A DNA stretch of 64,000 bases from Octopus bimaculoides (taxonomy: Eukaryota): contig NC_068990.1 in NCBI RefSeq assembly GCF_001194135.2, positions 9,966,092 to 10,030,091 of the forward strand, read 5' to 3'. Below, piece after piece: positions 1-12,087 of the stretch; position 1 is the first letter of the stretch, and every line of letters begins with the position of its first letter. The notes beneath the pieces were generated by a model. The model was not told the origin of the DNA and did not search any database. It was given only the letters and a program-made list of their open reading frames with translations. Both the position numbers and the translations under genes were made by a program.

Positions 1-190
1 TATATATATATATATATATATATATGCGTGCGTGTGTGTTTGTCCATGTGTGTGTATGTGTATGTGTGTATTCATACATATATATATATTTTCATATACA
101 TACTTACATGCACACACTCACTCAGGCAAACACACACACATACATGTATGTATGTATAAATGTTTGTGTATATGTAAACCTATGTATATG
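1..190. repeat. Compound (TA)n/(TG)n/(CA)n microsatellite
   Basis: Dinucleotide runs seen directly; they explain ORF 24..212. Confidence 0.95.
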
Positions 191-599
191 TGAATACGTA
201 TATTATAAATAGAGAATAAGCAAGCAAAACTTGATGATATTTTAGAGCATTTAATTTATGTCTCCCTTCCAGACGGCTGAATAGGTAGATTACGTGGAGA
301 TCCTTGCTAAATAACGTATGTTCCACATGTTTAGCTATCCTAGAGACGTCTGTTTAAATTATAAATTAAATTGTCTAAAGTAATAGCGTATGCTTTGTTT
401 CTTTATTCCCAATTTCTAATGTATATTCTCCCGCTCTACGATGAAGCACTTCCAACTATATTTTATAGAAAACTTAATCAGCTTCCTTTTCAGTAGTAGA
501 TCAATCCAGAGCTTTAGTCGTAAACGAAACTGAACACTTAGAGTACATGCCTATTCCATCACATCAAAAATAAGATGCTTATTTCATTACGTAACACAA

Positions 600-740
600 A
601 TCCCTTTTGGCGTTTTTCCTCCTCCCTTCTCTTTTGATCTTTCCTCCATCTCCCCTGTTTCTGAATACGAGCTATACTCGAAACGTAAACCGACCACTGT
701 TTTCTTTCTCTGAGCGACCTATTAATACTTATCCATATAT
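600..740 (+). mobile_element. Probable Penelope-like terminal (pLTR) relic with a degenerate hammerhead core
   Basis: Pyrimidine-rich tract followed by GTTT-CTGAATA-C-GAG-CTATA-CTC-GAAA-C-GTA at 657-687, which resembles a minimal hammerhead motif. Family assignment is inference. Confidence 0.35.
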
Positions 741-743
741 ATA

Positions 744-1290
744 NNNNNNNNNNNNNNNNNNNNNNNNNNNNNNNNNNNNNNNNNNNNNNNNNNNNNNNNN
801 NNNNNNNNNNNNNNNNNNNNNNNNNNNNNNNNNNNNNNNNNNNNNNNNNNNNNNNNNNNNNNNNNNNNNNNNNNNNNNNNNNNNNNNNNNNNNNNNNNNN
901 NNNNNNNNNNNNNNNNNNNNNNNNNNNNNNNNNNNNNNNNNNNNNNNNNNNNNNNNNNNNNNNNNNNNNNNNNNNNNNNNNNNNNNNNNNNNNNNNNNNN
1001 NNNNNNNNNNNNNNNNNNNNNNNNNNNNNNNNNNNNNNNNNNNNNNNNNNNNNNNNNNNNNNNNNNNNNNNNNNNNNNNNNNNNNNNNNNNNNNNNNNNN
1101 NNNNNNNNNNNNNNNNNNNNNNNNNNNNNNNNNNNNNNNNNNNNNNNNNNNNNNNNNNNNNNNNNNNNNNNNNNNNNNNNNNNNNNNNNNNNNNNNNNNN
1201 NNNNNNNNNNNNNNNNNNNNNNNNNNNNNNNNNNNNNNNNNNNNNNNNNNNNNNNNNNNNNNNNNNNNNNNNNNNNNNNNNNNNNNNNNN
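744..1290. other. Assembly gap (N run)
   Basis: N bases. Confidence 1.
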
Positions 1291-1367
1291 ATTTGAATAT
1301 ACATGTAGAAACATACATACTTGTATGTATATATGTATCTATCTATATATCAATCTATGTATGTACG

Positions 1368-1398
<31 letters not shown>

Positions 1399-1409
1399 CT
1401 ATCTATCTA

Positions 1410-1441
<32 letters not shown>

Positions 1442-1450
1442 TATATTTAT
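1291..1450. repeat. Compound TA/TATC/TATG microsatellite
   Basis: Seen directly. Confidence 0.9.
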
Positions 1451-1775
1451 ACTACGGATATGTACTTGCGTAGCAAGTGACCTGATCTGAGACTGTGTAC
1501 TGGAACAAAATTCGGCAACGCTTATAAGCCATTCGAAAAACACAAAGGCCGTTAGATATACTTCAGCATTTCAATTTAATTTGCCAAAATATTTTCGTCT
1601 CTTTGTTCAATGTTTACTGGCAAATTCCGAGATGCAATACGGAATCGTGTCAGCGAACAGGTCACGGTTTCAAAGCTACGAAAACATATTTGCAAATAAA
1701 ATTTAAAAGTTGAAGTGAGTCTAACAGTTTTTGTGTGTTTTAAATGACTCATAAATACCTTCCACGCTGCAATTC
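1451..1775. mobile_element. Foldback (long inverted-repeat) non-autonomous element
   Basis: Imperfect inverted arms at ~1522-1629 and ~1640-1754 around a 10-nt spacer, for example ttataagccatt..ccgttaga..cttcagcatttcaatttaatttg versus caaataaaatttaaaagttgaag..tctaacag..aatgactcataa. Small hairpin ACTTGC-GTA-GCAAGT at 1464-1478. Confidence 0.7.
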
Positions 1776-1829
1776 CTTATATATACTTACACACACATAT
1801 ATCAACGCCCCAACACATATACATTATAA

Positions 1830-1832
<3 letters not shown>

Positions 1833-1892
<60 letters not shown>
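1833..1892. repeat. (TA)n microsatellite
   Basis: Perfect TA run. Confidence 0.98.
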
Positions 1893-1893
<1 letters not shown>

Positions 1894-4001
1894 GTATGTA
1901 TAACGTATATATGTGGGGGTGTTGTAACGTGTGTGTGTAAGTTTCGTGAGTTTTGCATATTTTAAGTATAAGTTGTAAATACGACAAATATGGATTTCAT
2001 CCGAATATTGCATATTTTACAACAACGAATGCATTCGTTCTCTATGCATTAGGGTAGATTCGAACGTGATAATGCTGATCGCTGTTATTTTTTCTCCTCA
2101 GAAAACGTCACGTTTTAGATGGTGCATGTTACTAATACGCAATACATTGATGCAACAGGACATTGAGACACCGCATTGTTATTGTATTATTTTGTGTGGA
2201 CTTAGTTAAAGCTAATCGTGGATCAATGAACCAAAATGGGTACTTATGCCATATAAATCATTTGCTGATGGTGTTGATGGCTTCCAAAATGATAGTAAAT
2301 CACGCGCGTAAAGAAAAGGCATTGTCTAAAGGAAGAAGCTATCCTTGATTAATGAAAAACAATTGTGCTCAGAATATACGCTTTTGGATCTGCCAGAATG
2401 CATAGAAAAATGAGAAACACGTTAGATTTTGGATTCTCGCAGTTCTTCTACACGCATAGCACGAATTATTATTGCATATATAATTCACTGAATTAATAAT
2501 AAAATTCTGAATAGCTGCAAGTAACCTTGAAGGTGACAGAAAATTCTAGGTAACTTTTTAAGTGCAATCAAATCAATACTGAACGACGCAATGACGACGT
2601 AATATAACTAAATATCATTAAGTAAAAGGAACAAATATGAAATATTGACGCATTGAAAATTTTTATGGAATTAAAACAAAGAGAAGTAATGAATTTTTAA
2701 ACGATCTGGATATATTTCCAACAACAATGTCAGAAGGACGCACAATATGACAACACATATTTGATGGAAGTCTGATGAAGTGCCTCTCCATGGTCTAAAA
2801 TCACAAACCTTACGTGAATTGTCATTTGGAATCATTGCGTAAACTAGTGTTGCAAATAGAGGTGGTATGGAAACAATTGTAACTTATAATTAAAGATGTG
2901 TTAAAGGAATCTATTTGTCTTCTTTTTTACAGTGAAATATTTACACATCGCCAGACTCATTTTGCGGTATAATCGCCATGAAGCATTCCAGCTATCGCTG
3001 GGAACCCGACCATAGTTGATACCCCCAGTACTCGCCTCGTGTGCTTCTGTGCATATAACCTAACTTCACAACCCACCTGACATCATATATATGCGTGTGT
3101 GTGTGTATGTATACTTATATATATATGCATGCATACATATAGTTATACCTATGTATATATGTGCTCTTCTATATACATGTATGTGCCGAGATATTCAGAT
3201 TCTCAATGGGAGCATAAATATAAATTTCATATATATCGTTAAATAGATATAGTAATTGATATGTGACTGAATGGTCTAATAAGCGAAAGGTGATAGTGCA
3301 GTTTATGAAATGATTTGGAAGAATATTTGGTATTAATATAACACATTAAGAAATTGAATCTACGTATTTGATACAATTTTGTAGTTGTAATATGAAAAAT
3401 GCATTAATGAAAATAATAAAGATACACAGCTCGCACATCAATGAGGCTAGTTGATTGATTTCGTTGATAGTGATGGATGGAAAATATATTCTTTTGGGAA
3501 ATGTTATAGATGAATGGATGCAAACATTGTCACATTAATCTAATTTCTGCTTTAGCATATATTGTATGTAGAAACAGTTTTATAAACATAATATTAAGAA
3601 AATATAAACAGTCTTGAAATATAAGTCGAAAGAAGTATACAGTGACATAGAAAACTCTGTCTTACATTTGTAGGTAATATTTTTCAAGGCAAATTATCTA
3701 TTCTAAATATTGAGATGAGTTATTGGTAGACAACATGACAGCATGGAGACTATTAATATATTTAGTCTTTACGTTATTGTACAAAGTTTAAAGGGGTATC
3801 TATTAACATATTGACATTAAATAATACATTTTTTGTAAAGGGGGTTGTGTGTATGTGCATGTTATTGAACTAGGAATAAAATTGGAGTACATAATACTTA
3901 TAAAAACATCAATGTCTTATACGTTACTTAATTACTACAACTATTAAAATTATATATATATATATCGTTTTCTTGAGTTGATTCATTTTGAAGAAGCCGA
4001 G

Positions 4002-4036
<35 letters not shown>

Positions 4037-4768
4037 TGCCTGACTAACTGAATGTTCTAAATTACAGTTTTTTATTCAGGTATAAGATTTGAGGCTTTTC
4101 TTGAAAGGATTTAAATCATTCACATACGTACGATTTCAGAATTTTACCAATGTAATTTCCATCACATCCAACAAATTGTTTTATTGCGTTTCTCTGACAT
4201 TATTGTGTATTTTGCTTCCAAATCAGCCTCATCAAAAAGTAAAAAGAATCTCCCTTAAATCACAATATATTTTCTTAATTGATGATGTATTGTTACACTG
4301 ACAGACTGAATGATCAGAAAAGGAACGTATTTAATTAATGGCGTTTTTTTTTATGAGCGAAGACTAAAACACAAAAAATGGCAACGTTAATATCATAAAT
4401 ATTTAATTTTAGGTTAGGAGTACGTGGAACTTGAGATTTAATTATACGGGGCTGAGTACCAGCGAAATTATTTCACGAAAGTTTTCGAAAATTAACTATT
4501 TAAAGATGACAAGTAAATGAATAACACTGGGCAATTACATGTGACCTTATATAGAATTGGAATAATTGCTGGAATGTAACTGGAGATCTTCTGTCCGCAT
4601 AATTACATATGGTTGCTAAATTTGGTTGTAGCATTTATAGTTTTATGAAGGACGAATATATATAGATATATAATGTACTGTTCCGTGATAGAAAATTCAA
4701 CGAGAAATGTATTCCATTTGGTTATAGCTAAAATTTGTTTATTTAAGGGGCAGAATACATATATTTAA

Positions 4769-5090
4769 GCGCTACCAACATTTTCATATGTTGAGAAATA
4801 CTCAAGTATATTCTTCAGGCGCAAACCACATATCATAACGAACGAAAAATATGGAATAATAGAAGGAACGCGAAAAAACTGAGAAGACAGGTTGGAGAAA
4901 ACGTAGAATATTTTTCACAGTGGCATGGGAGTTACACCTACGTAAGTCATCATCGGCACTACCGTCTGACCGGAACCTAGAAATCATTATGAACAGTTTG
5001 CTTTGTTCTGAGTAATACGTTTGTACTTTAGAAAATATAAGACAGTCGATCTGTTTAATGTAAAACTGTTTTTTCATTAAACATAAAAAC
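4769..5090 (-). mobile_element. Probable Penelope-like element 3' end with a hammerhead-like motif
   Basis: Minus-strand peptide LMKKQFYIKQ resembles the C-terminus of Penelope GIY-YIG ORFs. About 250 nt downstream is a near-complete hammerhead core at 4822-4769. Confidence 0.4.
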
Positions 5091-5203
5091 AAATTAATGT
5101 AATTGCAATTTCAACTATTACGAATCGGTGCAGCCGAAACATGTGTAGGTCTATGCAAAGCAGTATATTTAAAAAGAATTAAAGCTACTACTATGCCACT
5201 TCG

Positions 5204-5204
<1 letters not shown>

Positions 5205-5246
<42 letters not shown>

Positions 5247-5271
5247 TGTTGTTGTTGTTGTTGTTGTTGTT
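5205..5271. repeat. (ATT)n(GTT)n microsatellite
   Basis: Seen directly, abutting a SINE head. Confidence 0.97.
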
Positions 5272-5505
5272 GAGGCGGCGACCAGGGAGACTCGTTAGCA
5301 CGTTGGCATAAATGCTTAGCAGTATTTCGCCCGTCGCTACGCTCTGAGTTCAAATCCCGCCGAGGTCGACTTTGCTTTCTATCCTTTCAGGGTCGATAAA
5401 TTAAGTACAAGTGAAACACTGGGGGTCGACGTAACCGACACATTCCCTCCCGCAAAATGGCTGCCCTTGTCGCAAACTTCGAAACCATTAAGATTCTTAT
5501 TATTT
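5272..5505 (+). mobile_element. tRNA-derived SINE, family A (copy 1)
   Basis: B-box-like GAGTTCAAATCCC, central motif gtcgactttgc..tttc..atcctttc..gggtcgataaattaagtac and an ATT-rich tail. Several homologous copies occur in the window. Confidence 0.85.
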
Positions 5506-5740
5506 AGTCGGTGATCTGGCAGAATCGTTACCAAGCTGGACGAAATGCTTAGGGGTATTTCGCTCATCGTTACGTTGTGAGTTCAAATTCCGCCACTAAG
5601 GTTGACTTTGCCTGTCATCCTTTGGGATTCCACAAATTAAAAACCAGTGAAACACTGGTCTCGATGTTAAATATTTGTCCCTTCCTCGAAAAAGCCTGCC
5701 CTTGTGGTGAAATTAGAAATCATTGTTATTATTATTGTTG
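5506..5740 (+). mobile_element. tRNA-derived SINE, family A (copy 2, head-to-tail with copy 1)
   Basis: A-box-like TGGCAGAATCG, B-box-like GAGTTCAAATTCC; aligns with 5272-5490; ATT tail. Confidence 0.85.
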
Positions 5741-5751
5741 ATAGATAGTCA

Positions 5752-5797
<46 letters not shown>

Positions 5798-6704
5798 CGG
5801 AGTCCATGGAGAGATTTTTAGTCATCATCACATCTTATAACGAATGTAACTACGAAATAAATATGCACAGCAATTTTGCTGGCGGAAAAACAGAGCAAGT
5901 CCCATATATATTGTACATTTTACACCTGCTTGGATTCATAACAGCAATAGCACGAATTCCCGAAGTATTGCCCACCAGATATCAGCAGCTAAAATAAACA
6001 GGAGAGATTAAATTCCTTATAAAATATGCATTCAGCAAGCAGTTGGGATAAACAAATAAATCTTTTGCTAAGCCAAGTACAATATATCCTAGCAAATATT
6101 ATGTGCAACCTTTCCAAAATTTCACTTGAACAATAAAACGTCAGCTAAGAAATATTTAGTCATTGCTTGCTAGTAGTCTGTATATTTATTTGATCAGTTT
6201 AATGAAAGTAGAGCGCTGAGTGGAGTACCCTTTTTTCCTAGCTTATATAATATCTCCTTTTCACGAGTATTAAATTTTGACCGCTAATATTAAGAGAATA
6301 GAAGTTGTGGCCTCTAAAACATGAGAAAATTCGCAATGCAGGCTCTGATATCATAACAATTGCCAAGCTAGACTCATGCTAATATGAAAGCCATATTTAG
6401 TAAAATTATCAATGATATAATTGAAAATGTTATGATCAGAGCGAGAAAAGGTCTTGCGCGTTGGCTTAAGAGAGTATATGACTGAAAGAAATGCAATCCT
6501 GAATTGATTCTGAATCTAATATAAGTCATTATTACTTTCATTTGTACTACGTAATATTCTTTCCATTAAACAGGAAATTATTACATACTTATACAAAGGG
6601 AATGCTACATACAGATATACAGGAAATTACTATATACTTATGTGAAGAAATTCGTTCATATAATGTAATTAGGGTTCGTTGACAACGAATTGTAGGAACC
6701 ATTG

Positions 6705-6780
6705 TTTTTACCTTCATTTGATCACCCCGGACAGAAACATTACACAGATATTGACTTGGAAGAAATTTGAGCTGAGAACC
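6705..6780 (-). mobile_element. Highly degenerate SINE family A fragment
   Basis: Weak similarity to the reverse complement of the central motif and B-box of the other copies. Confidence 0.3.
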
Positions 6781-9074
6781 TATAAATATATCCTACATTA
6801 TCTTCCATACCCACCCAAATAATCTGGCAATTCTTACTTATTTTCTGTTATATGATGTTTTACAATATATTACGATTAGAATGTATATATATATATATAT
6901 ATATATAACGTAGAAATTATAAAACATTATTTTAGCAACCTAAATGACATCACGTCAGTTACATAAAAGAGATATTATATAAGGAATTTATATATATATT
7001 TTCAAACGTGAGAAAATAGAAAAAATACAACGTGATAAAAACGACAAAATATTACACACATATTTTCCTATATAGAAATACGAAGAAAAAATACAACTAT
7101 AGGCACATACACATGCGCATACACACAACACACACATATATACACGAATGTATACGTTTACGACGATTATTTTGTAAGATTATTTCAATACCAATATGAA
7201 AAAATGTCCTATTATAATTACATTAACTTGTAGAATCAATATTTGTCGCAACATAATTATCTGAATATTAAGTGTCAATTATTGATTCTAAATTGTGCAA
7301 AATATTATGGACAGCTGTAGTAGATTTCCAAACATTGCCTTTTTCTATCATAAGATGTCTGCTATTATTTTAAATGTCTCGAAAATTGAGATGTTTTATG
7401 TTAATATTCTGCGTAAAAATGTCCCACATGAAACTTATTTTAAATAATCAGTTGTCTAAACAAGTCAAAAGATTCATCCTGTCTCTCGTGCTTTCCTCAT
7501 ATAAACAGAAAACCTAGGAATCTGCATTGAAGTATTTTTCTTAGAATCACAAATGTTTGTTTTTCCTTATATATTAGTTCTGAGTTAATGATTTATATAG
7601 AGAATTGTATATGGAACGTGATTTGTGCAAATTTGTGTATGATTTAAAACAAGAGTGAAAAACATAAAAGTTCTTAATAATAAGACGCGCTCTCCACTGG
7701 AATGTAAAAATGCATGAATTGCATCCTGCAAATCATCTGTCTATTTGTGGAGAAGATGTTTCCACTTTGATATATAAATGCAGCGGAAAAATAAAATCCT
7801 GAAAATCTTGAAAGTATATATAGCAAGTATATTGGAATTCTGTTTAATATTCCACATTTGTTGATCATATCACTTAATCAGTGTTCATAAAACAGTTATG
7901 AAGCTGATATTGATCGATTAAACAATTCTAGTATAAAGTATTTCTAAATCGTCGTATTGTAAATGTATTTAAATGTTTATATCTATTTTATTCTGGCCTT
8001 TCAAAAATGTTTTATTTCATTTTTTAGACGTATTGTTGATAAAAGCTATCAAACATTTATTGATGAATAGCTGTGAAAATTAATTTGCTTTATCGCCTTT
8101 CGGTCTTATAGGTTAGATCAAAGACATATAAGAAATTATTATCGATATGTTTAACCAAGCGGTTGTAATAGTTGTTATATCTGTCACCAGAGGGCTCTAA
8201 GCAATATTTTAGTGAATACAAATTCGAATGTTACAGTTTTTTTTATGTGAATTTCCACAAAGTGACAATATTTTTCAATTCGTATAAAATGCACGAGGAT
8301 ACTGAATAAGTGATATATAATATACTACTTTTATTAAAACGTATTTCAGATCAATATCATAATTTCTTCGGGGCTTTCAAACATTATAGGAATGAGAGCT
8401 ATTAATAACAGATGCTACAGGTGCCGGTTTCTTTTAGCGACAGCACAATAATAATGATGCCGTAAAAAATTAGCACAAAAAGGAAAACCGAATTTTAGAT
8501 TAAACATGGTAAAATATTTGAGAGAATTCGTTTAATGACGATAGCGTTTCCTTGCCTCAGGAACATTTCCGGTGCACAGAAATACAGAAAACGTATTAAA
8601 TTTGATATCTATATGTATTAGGAAAAATGTCATCGGATTTCCTATTCAAATAGAGACAGCAACTACGAAGACAACTGGATAAAATGAAGATATTCGCCCA
8701 GTGAAAATGATTATGGCACCATTTCTTTCCGTTTGATACTGAGAATTTAGCAAAACTGAAACTGAAAATACATTCGCAGCTACAGTTTTGTCTCAATTTG
8801 TTTAGATAAAGAAATAAATGGTTGGGCATAAAAATAGAAACTGTTAAAGATGTGACTAACCGCCATTTCTGCAATGCAGTATGGATGGTTGTCTCAAGAA
8901 GTCTGCCAAAATGTGCCATATTATCAGTGATCTGGAAAATGGATCGGGAAGTGCTAATGACATTCCACAGTAGAGACGTCAAATGGGATTTGAATGATTG
9001 GGCATTTAAATTCACCTAAAAGACTAAACGATTATTTTTAGCAAGAACAGCCATAATTTTGAATATGACACTAA

Positions 9075-9166
9075 ACAACAACAACAGCATCAACGACGAC
9101 GACGACACACGATGATGGCGATGATGATGATGACGATGATGATGATGACGATGATGATGATGATGG

Positions 9167-9239
<73 letters not shown>
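9075..9239. repeat. Compound trinucleotide microsatellite (AAC)(GAC)(GAT)(AAT)
   Basis: Seen directly; explains the poly-M and poly-I ORFs. Confidence 0.97.
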
Positions 9240-9386
9240 NNNNNNNNNNNNNNNNNNNNNNNNNNNNNNNNNNNNNNNNNNNNNNNNNNNNNNNNNNNNN
9301 NNNNNNNNNNNNNNNNNNNNNNNNNNNNNNNNNNNNNNNNNNNNNNNNNNNNNNNNNNNNNNNNNNNNNNNNNNNNNNNNNNNNNN
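9240..9386. other. Assembly gap
   Basis: N bases. Confidence 1.
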
Positions 9387-9584
9387 ATAACAAAAACACC
9401 AAGACTTACAAATATATATATAACATACAGAAAATTGCACTACTGGGTACTGCACACATTCTACGCAAAACACTTTCAATACAGTAAACATAAGAGCACC
9501 ACAGCAAACCACGGCACATACCCAAGGCGCACAGAGCTGCGCTCGGTAGTGAAGTGAAAGCACGTTATAAAAATAAAACTACTG

Positions 9585-9593
9585 AACAACAAC

Positions 9594-9661
<68 letters not shown>

Positions 9662-9707
9662 TAATAATAATAATAATAAAAATAAAAATAATAATAATAA
9701 TAATAAT
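9585..9707. repeat. (AAT)n microsatellite
   Basis: Long AAT run; explains the poly-L ORF. Confidence 0.98.
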
Positions 9708-9719
9708 GCTCTGAGGCAT

Positions 9720-9990
9720 TACCAGACACTGGCTCTCATGACTTCTGATGTTAAGTGATTGGAAGTGTTATCATACGTCTGGTATAAAAGATGTCCTACA
9801 GCAAATATTATGCTCACTATCACAGATTTGCTTGTCAGTTGTTTGACCTTCACCTGTTGTGCATGCACCTTAGTGGCTGACAATATGTGCATCTCTGATC
9901 ACGAGCAGAAGTAGTGGGGGAGCATCATAGTGTTGTTAGAAGAGGAATTCTTTGGAGTTTGTATAATTCACTTCTGGAAAAATCCTTATT
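9720..9990. mobile_element. Probable interspersed repeat, unclassified
   Basis: More GC-rich block (..ctctgatcacgagcagaagtagtgggggagcatcatag..) next to an AAT tract. I recall it as a common octopus repeat; there is no second copy in the window. Confidence 0.35.
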
Positions 9991-10194
9991 CAAGAAACTT
10001 TTGAGCTGGATCTGAAGAATGTTCTGGGACCCCACCGGGAAGGTCGTGGGCAGATTATCGTGATATGAAATCACCATCAGACAATAGTCATGGTGGGTAT
10101 AATGGGCTTCGTAAATTTTACCCTAGCGTTCATATTCACTGCTCTGTCACTCAATAATAATAATAATGATAATAATAACAATAACAACAAAAAT

Positions 10195-10390
10195 ATTAAT
10201 CCCTTCTTCTTTAGGCACAACGCATGAACTTTTTGGAGGTACGGGAGGGTGTTAGATGCGAGCATTGACAGCATTACTTAGACTGGCACTTTATTTTGAT
10301 GAGACCCGGAAAGCAAGAAAAGAAAAGTTAACCGCAGCAGAATTGAATTCCAGCTAGAATGAAAATTCCGAACAAGTACCGTAAATAATT
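10195..10390 (-). mobile_element. Degenerate SINE family A copy
   Basis: Aligns with 28190-28400 (taggcacaa..., actt..attt..ga..ccc..gaaag..gaaa...gaattgaattccag); AAT tract beside it. Confidence 0.55.
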
Positions 10391-12087
10391 TTAAATTGTC
10401 GAAGAAACAAGTTGTAGAATTTATACAAGCCCCATTTCTTCGGGATTCTGAATGGCGTCTTCAAAAGAAATGATTTAAAATTGCATTTTGCCATTGTAGT
10501 ATTAATGAGACGTAACGTGTAATTCCATCTAGGTGCCGCTATTTGGGAAATCCTTCTCCAACAATATTACCTTACGCATTGCCTCTTTTGGGTGATTTCG
10601 CAAAAAAGAAACCGTGCGCAGTCCATTTATGGCAGCAAATAAAATACCTGCATTGTTTATAGCAAAGCATGCATGTGACAGGACTACCCGGTGAACATTA
10701 ACACAGCAATGGATAAAAGACGCAAGTTTATGTTTTCTCCTTACATTTGAATGCAACCCATTTCATTGCACTATTACTGTAACGGCGCGATCACAGGCTT
10801 GTGTAATTAATTTATTTTCACACTTCCACATATCATTGCATTTAAATGTTTGGGTAACGTTATTGCTAAATGGTGTGCAGTAATGTCTTTAAAACCCATG
10901 TCCTGTTTCAGCAACGCAATGCTTTGTAACATAAAACAACAGTCAACAGTTGTGAATTGTTCGATACTTCGGGCATTTCATCTACAAGAATTCCAACATA
11001 TTTATTCTGCTTTAATTCTCTGCATATCATTCAAGATTACCTTTGAAATCGCTTCCTTTCAGTCACCATTCTGTATCTCATTGGCTTGCTATTTGTGAAT
11101 CATTCTTATTGACTAAATGTAGACGCTCTTTCGAATACCGGTGTAATCGAAAGCTTCGGATTCAAAATAAATCTGAAACAAATTTGGCAAACTAACTAAA
11201 TTTATATATGCGTAAATCAACTGCCGCATAACAGTCCTATGTCTTCATATTCAGTTGTCTCTTTTTCTGCGCCAGTCCATGTAATTATTCCCACATGTTT
11301 GGAGATTGATAAGGGATTTTGTCAGGGATAATGTATATGATTTATTATGGCCTCCTGTAGGTTACTTAAATCCTTAGAACCTTTGACATTCGAATCGATT
11401 TTCTATTTATTGAGTTAAATAACAAGCATGGCCAGCAGTGTAAGAGAATACCCAATTGACTCTTTTTAGATCCGTATAAATTAGTATGAATACACCCAAT
11501 GCATTTTTTGTTGGAAGGACATAAATTTGGTACTCTATGCGTCGTCTGCAATAATTATACATTAATATTTCGTTTTAAATATGCATTTGAAATGATTATT
11601 TTCCAAGCCCTACAATAACACGCATATCAGTCATTTGAACAAATATATTAAATATTCAAATGGTACTCAATTAATAAATAAATATGGCATATCTTTGATG
11701 TTGGAACAAGCACACGTGTATTTGTGTGTCCTGCCTATGCATTAAAAGGAGTATACTAAACCTTAGTTTCCCCACGTGGCTTAATTGGCCAACAATAGCA
11801 AGGAAAGGTTATATAATGATTGTTTTTTCATTTCCACATTAAATTCGAAATAAATAAGAGATCTGTATCGTTACATTTGAACTTGCTTTTCACGATCTGC
11901 AAAGGCTTTGTGTGTTGGTAGCTGCAGAATTTGATGAGACTGGTAGAGTTTTGTATGAGGGTTTAAATAGCCACAATTGTTAGTGAGTTTGCATGGGTTA
12001 AAATTAAAGTCACTCGGCATCTCCTCTGAAAATTTTACACTTCTTTGAGAGTGAATCCGCTAATTAACACGTGAAACAGAAATAAAT

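Noticed and set aside
2160-2900. Protein-like stretches on the plus strand (for example WINEPKWVLMPYKSFADGVDGF)
   Set aside because: Frequent stops and no identifiable motif; a MULE or Helitron origin was considered but not supported.
8596-9019. 139-aa minus ORF and overlapping 65-aa plus ORF
   Set aside because: I recognised no domain in any of the six frames and found no convincing splice signals. It may be an old TE fragment, but I cannot support a call.
10529-10756. ORF containing CFAINNAG, a weak echo of the Pif1 FAxTINKxQG motif
   Set aside because: Too little similarity and no flanking motifs.
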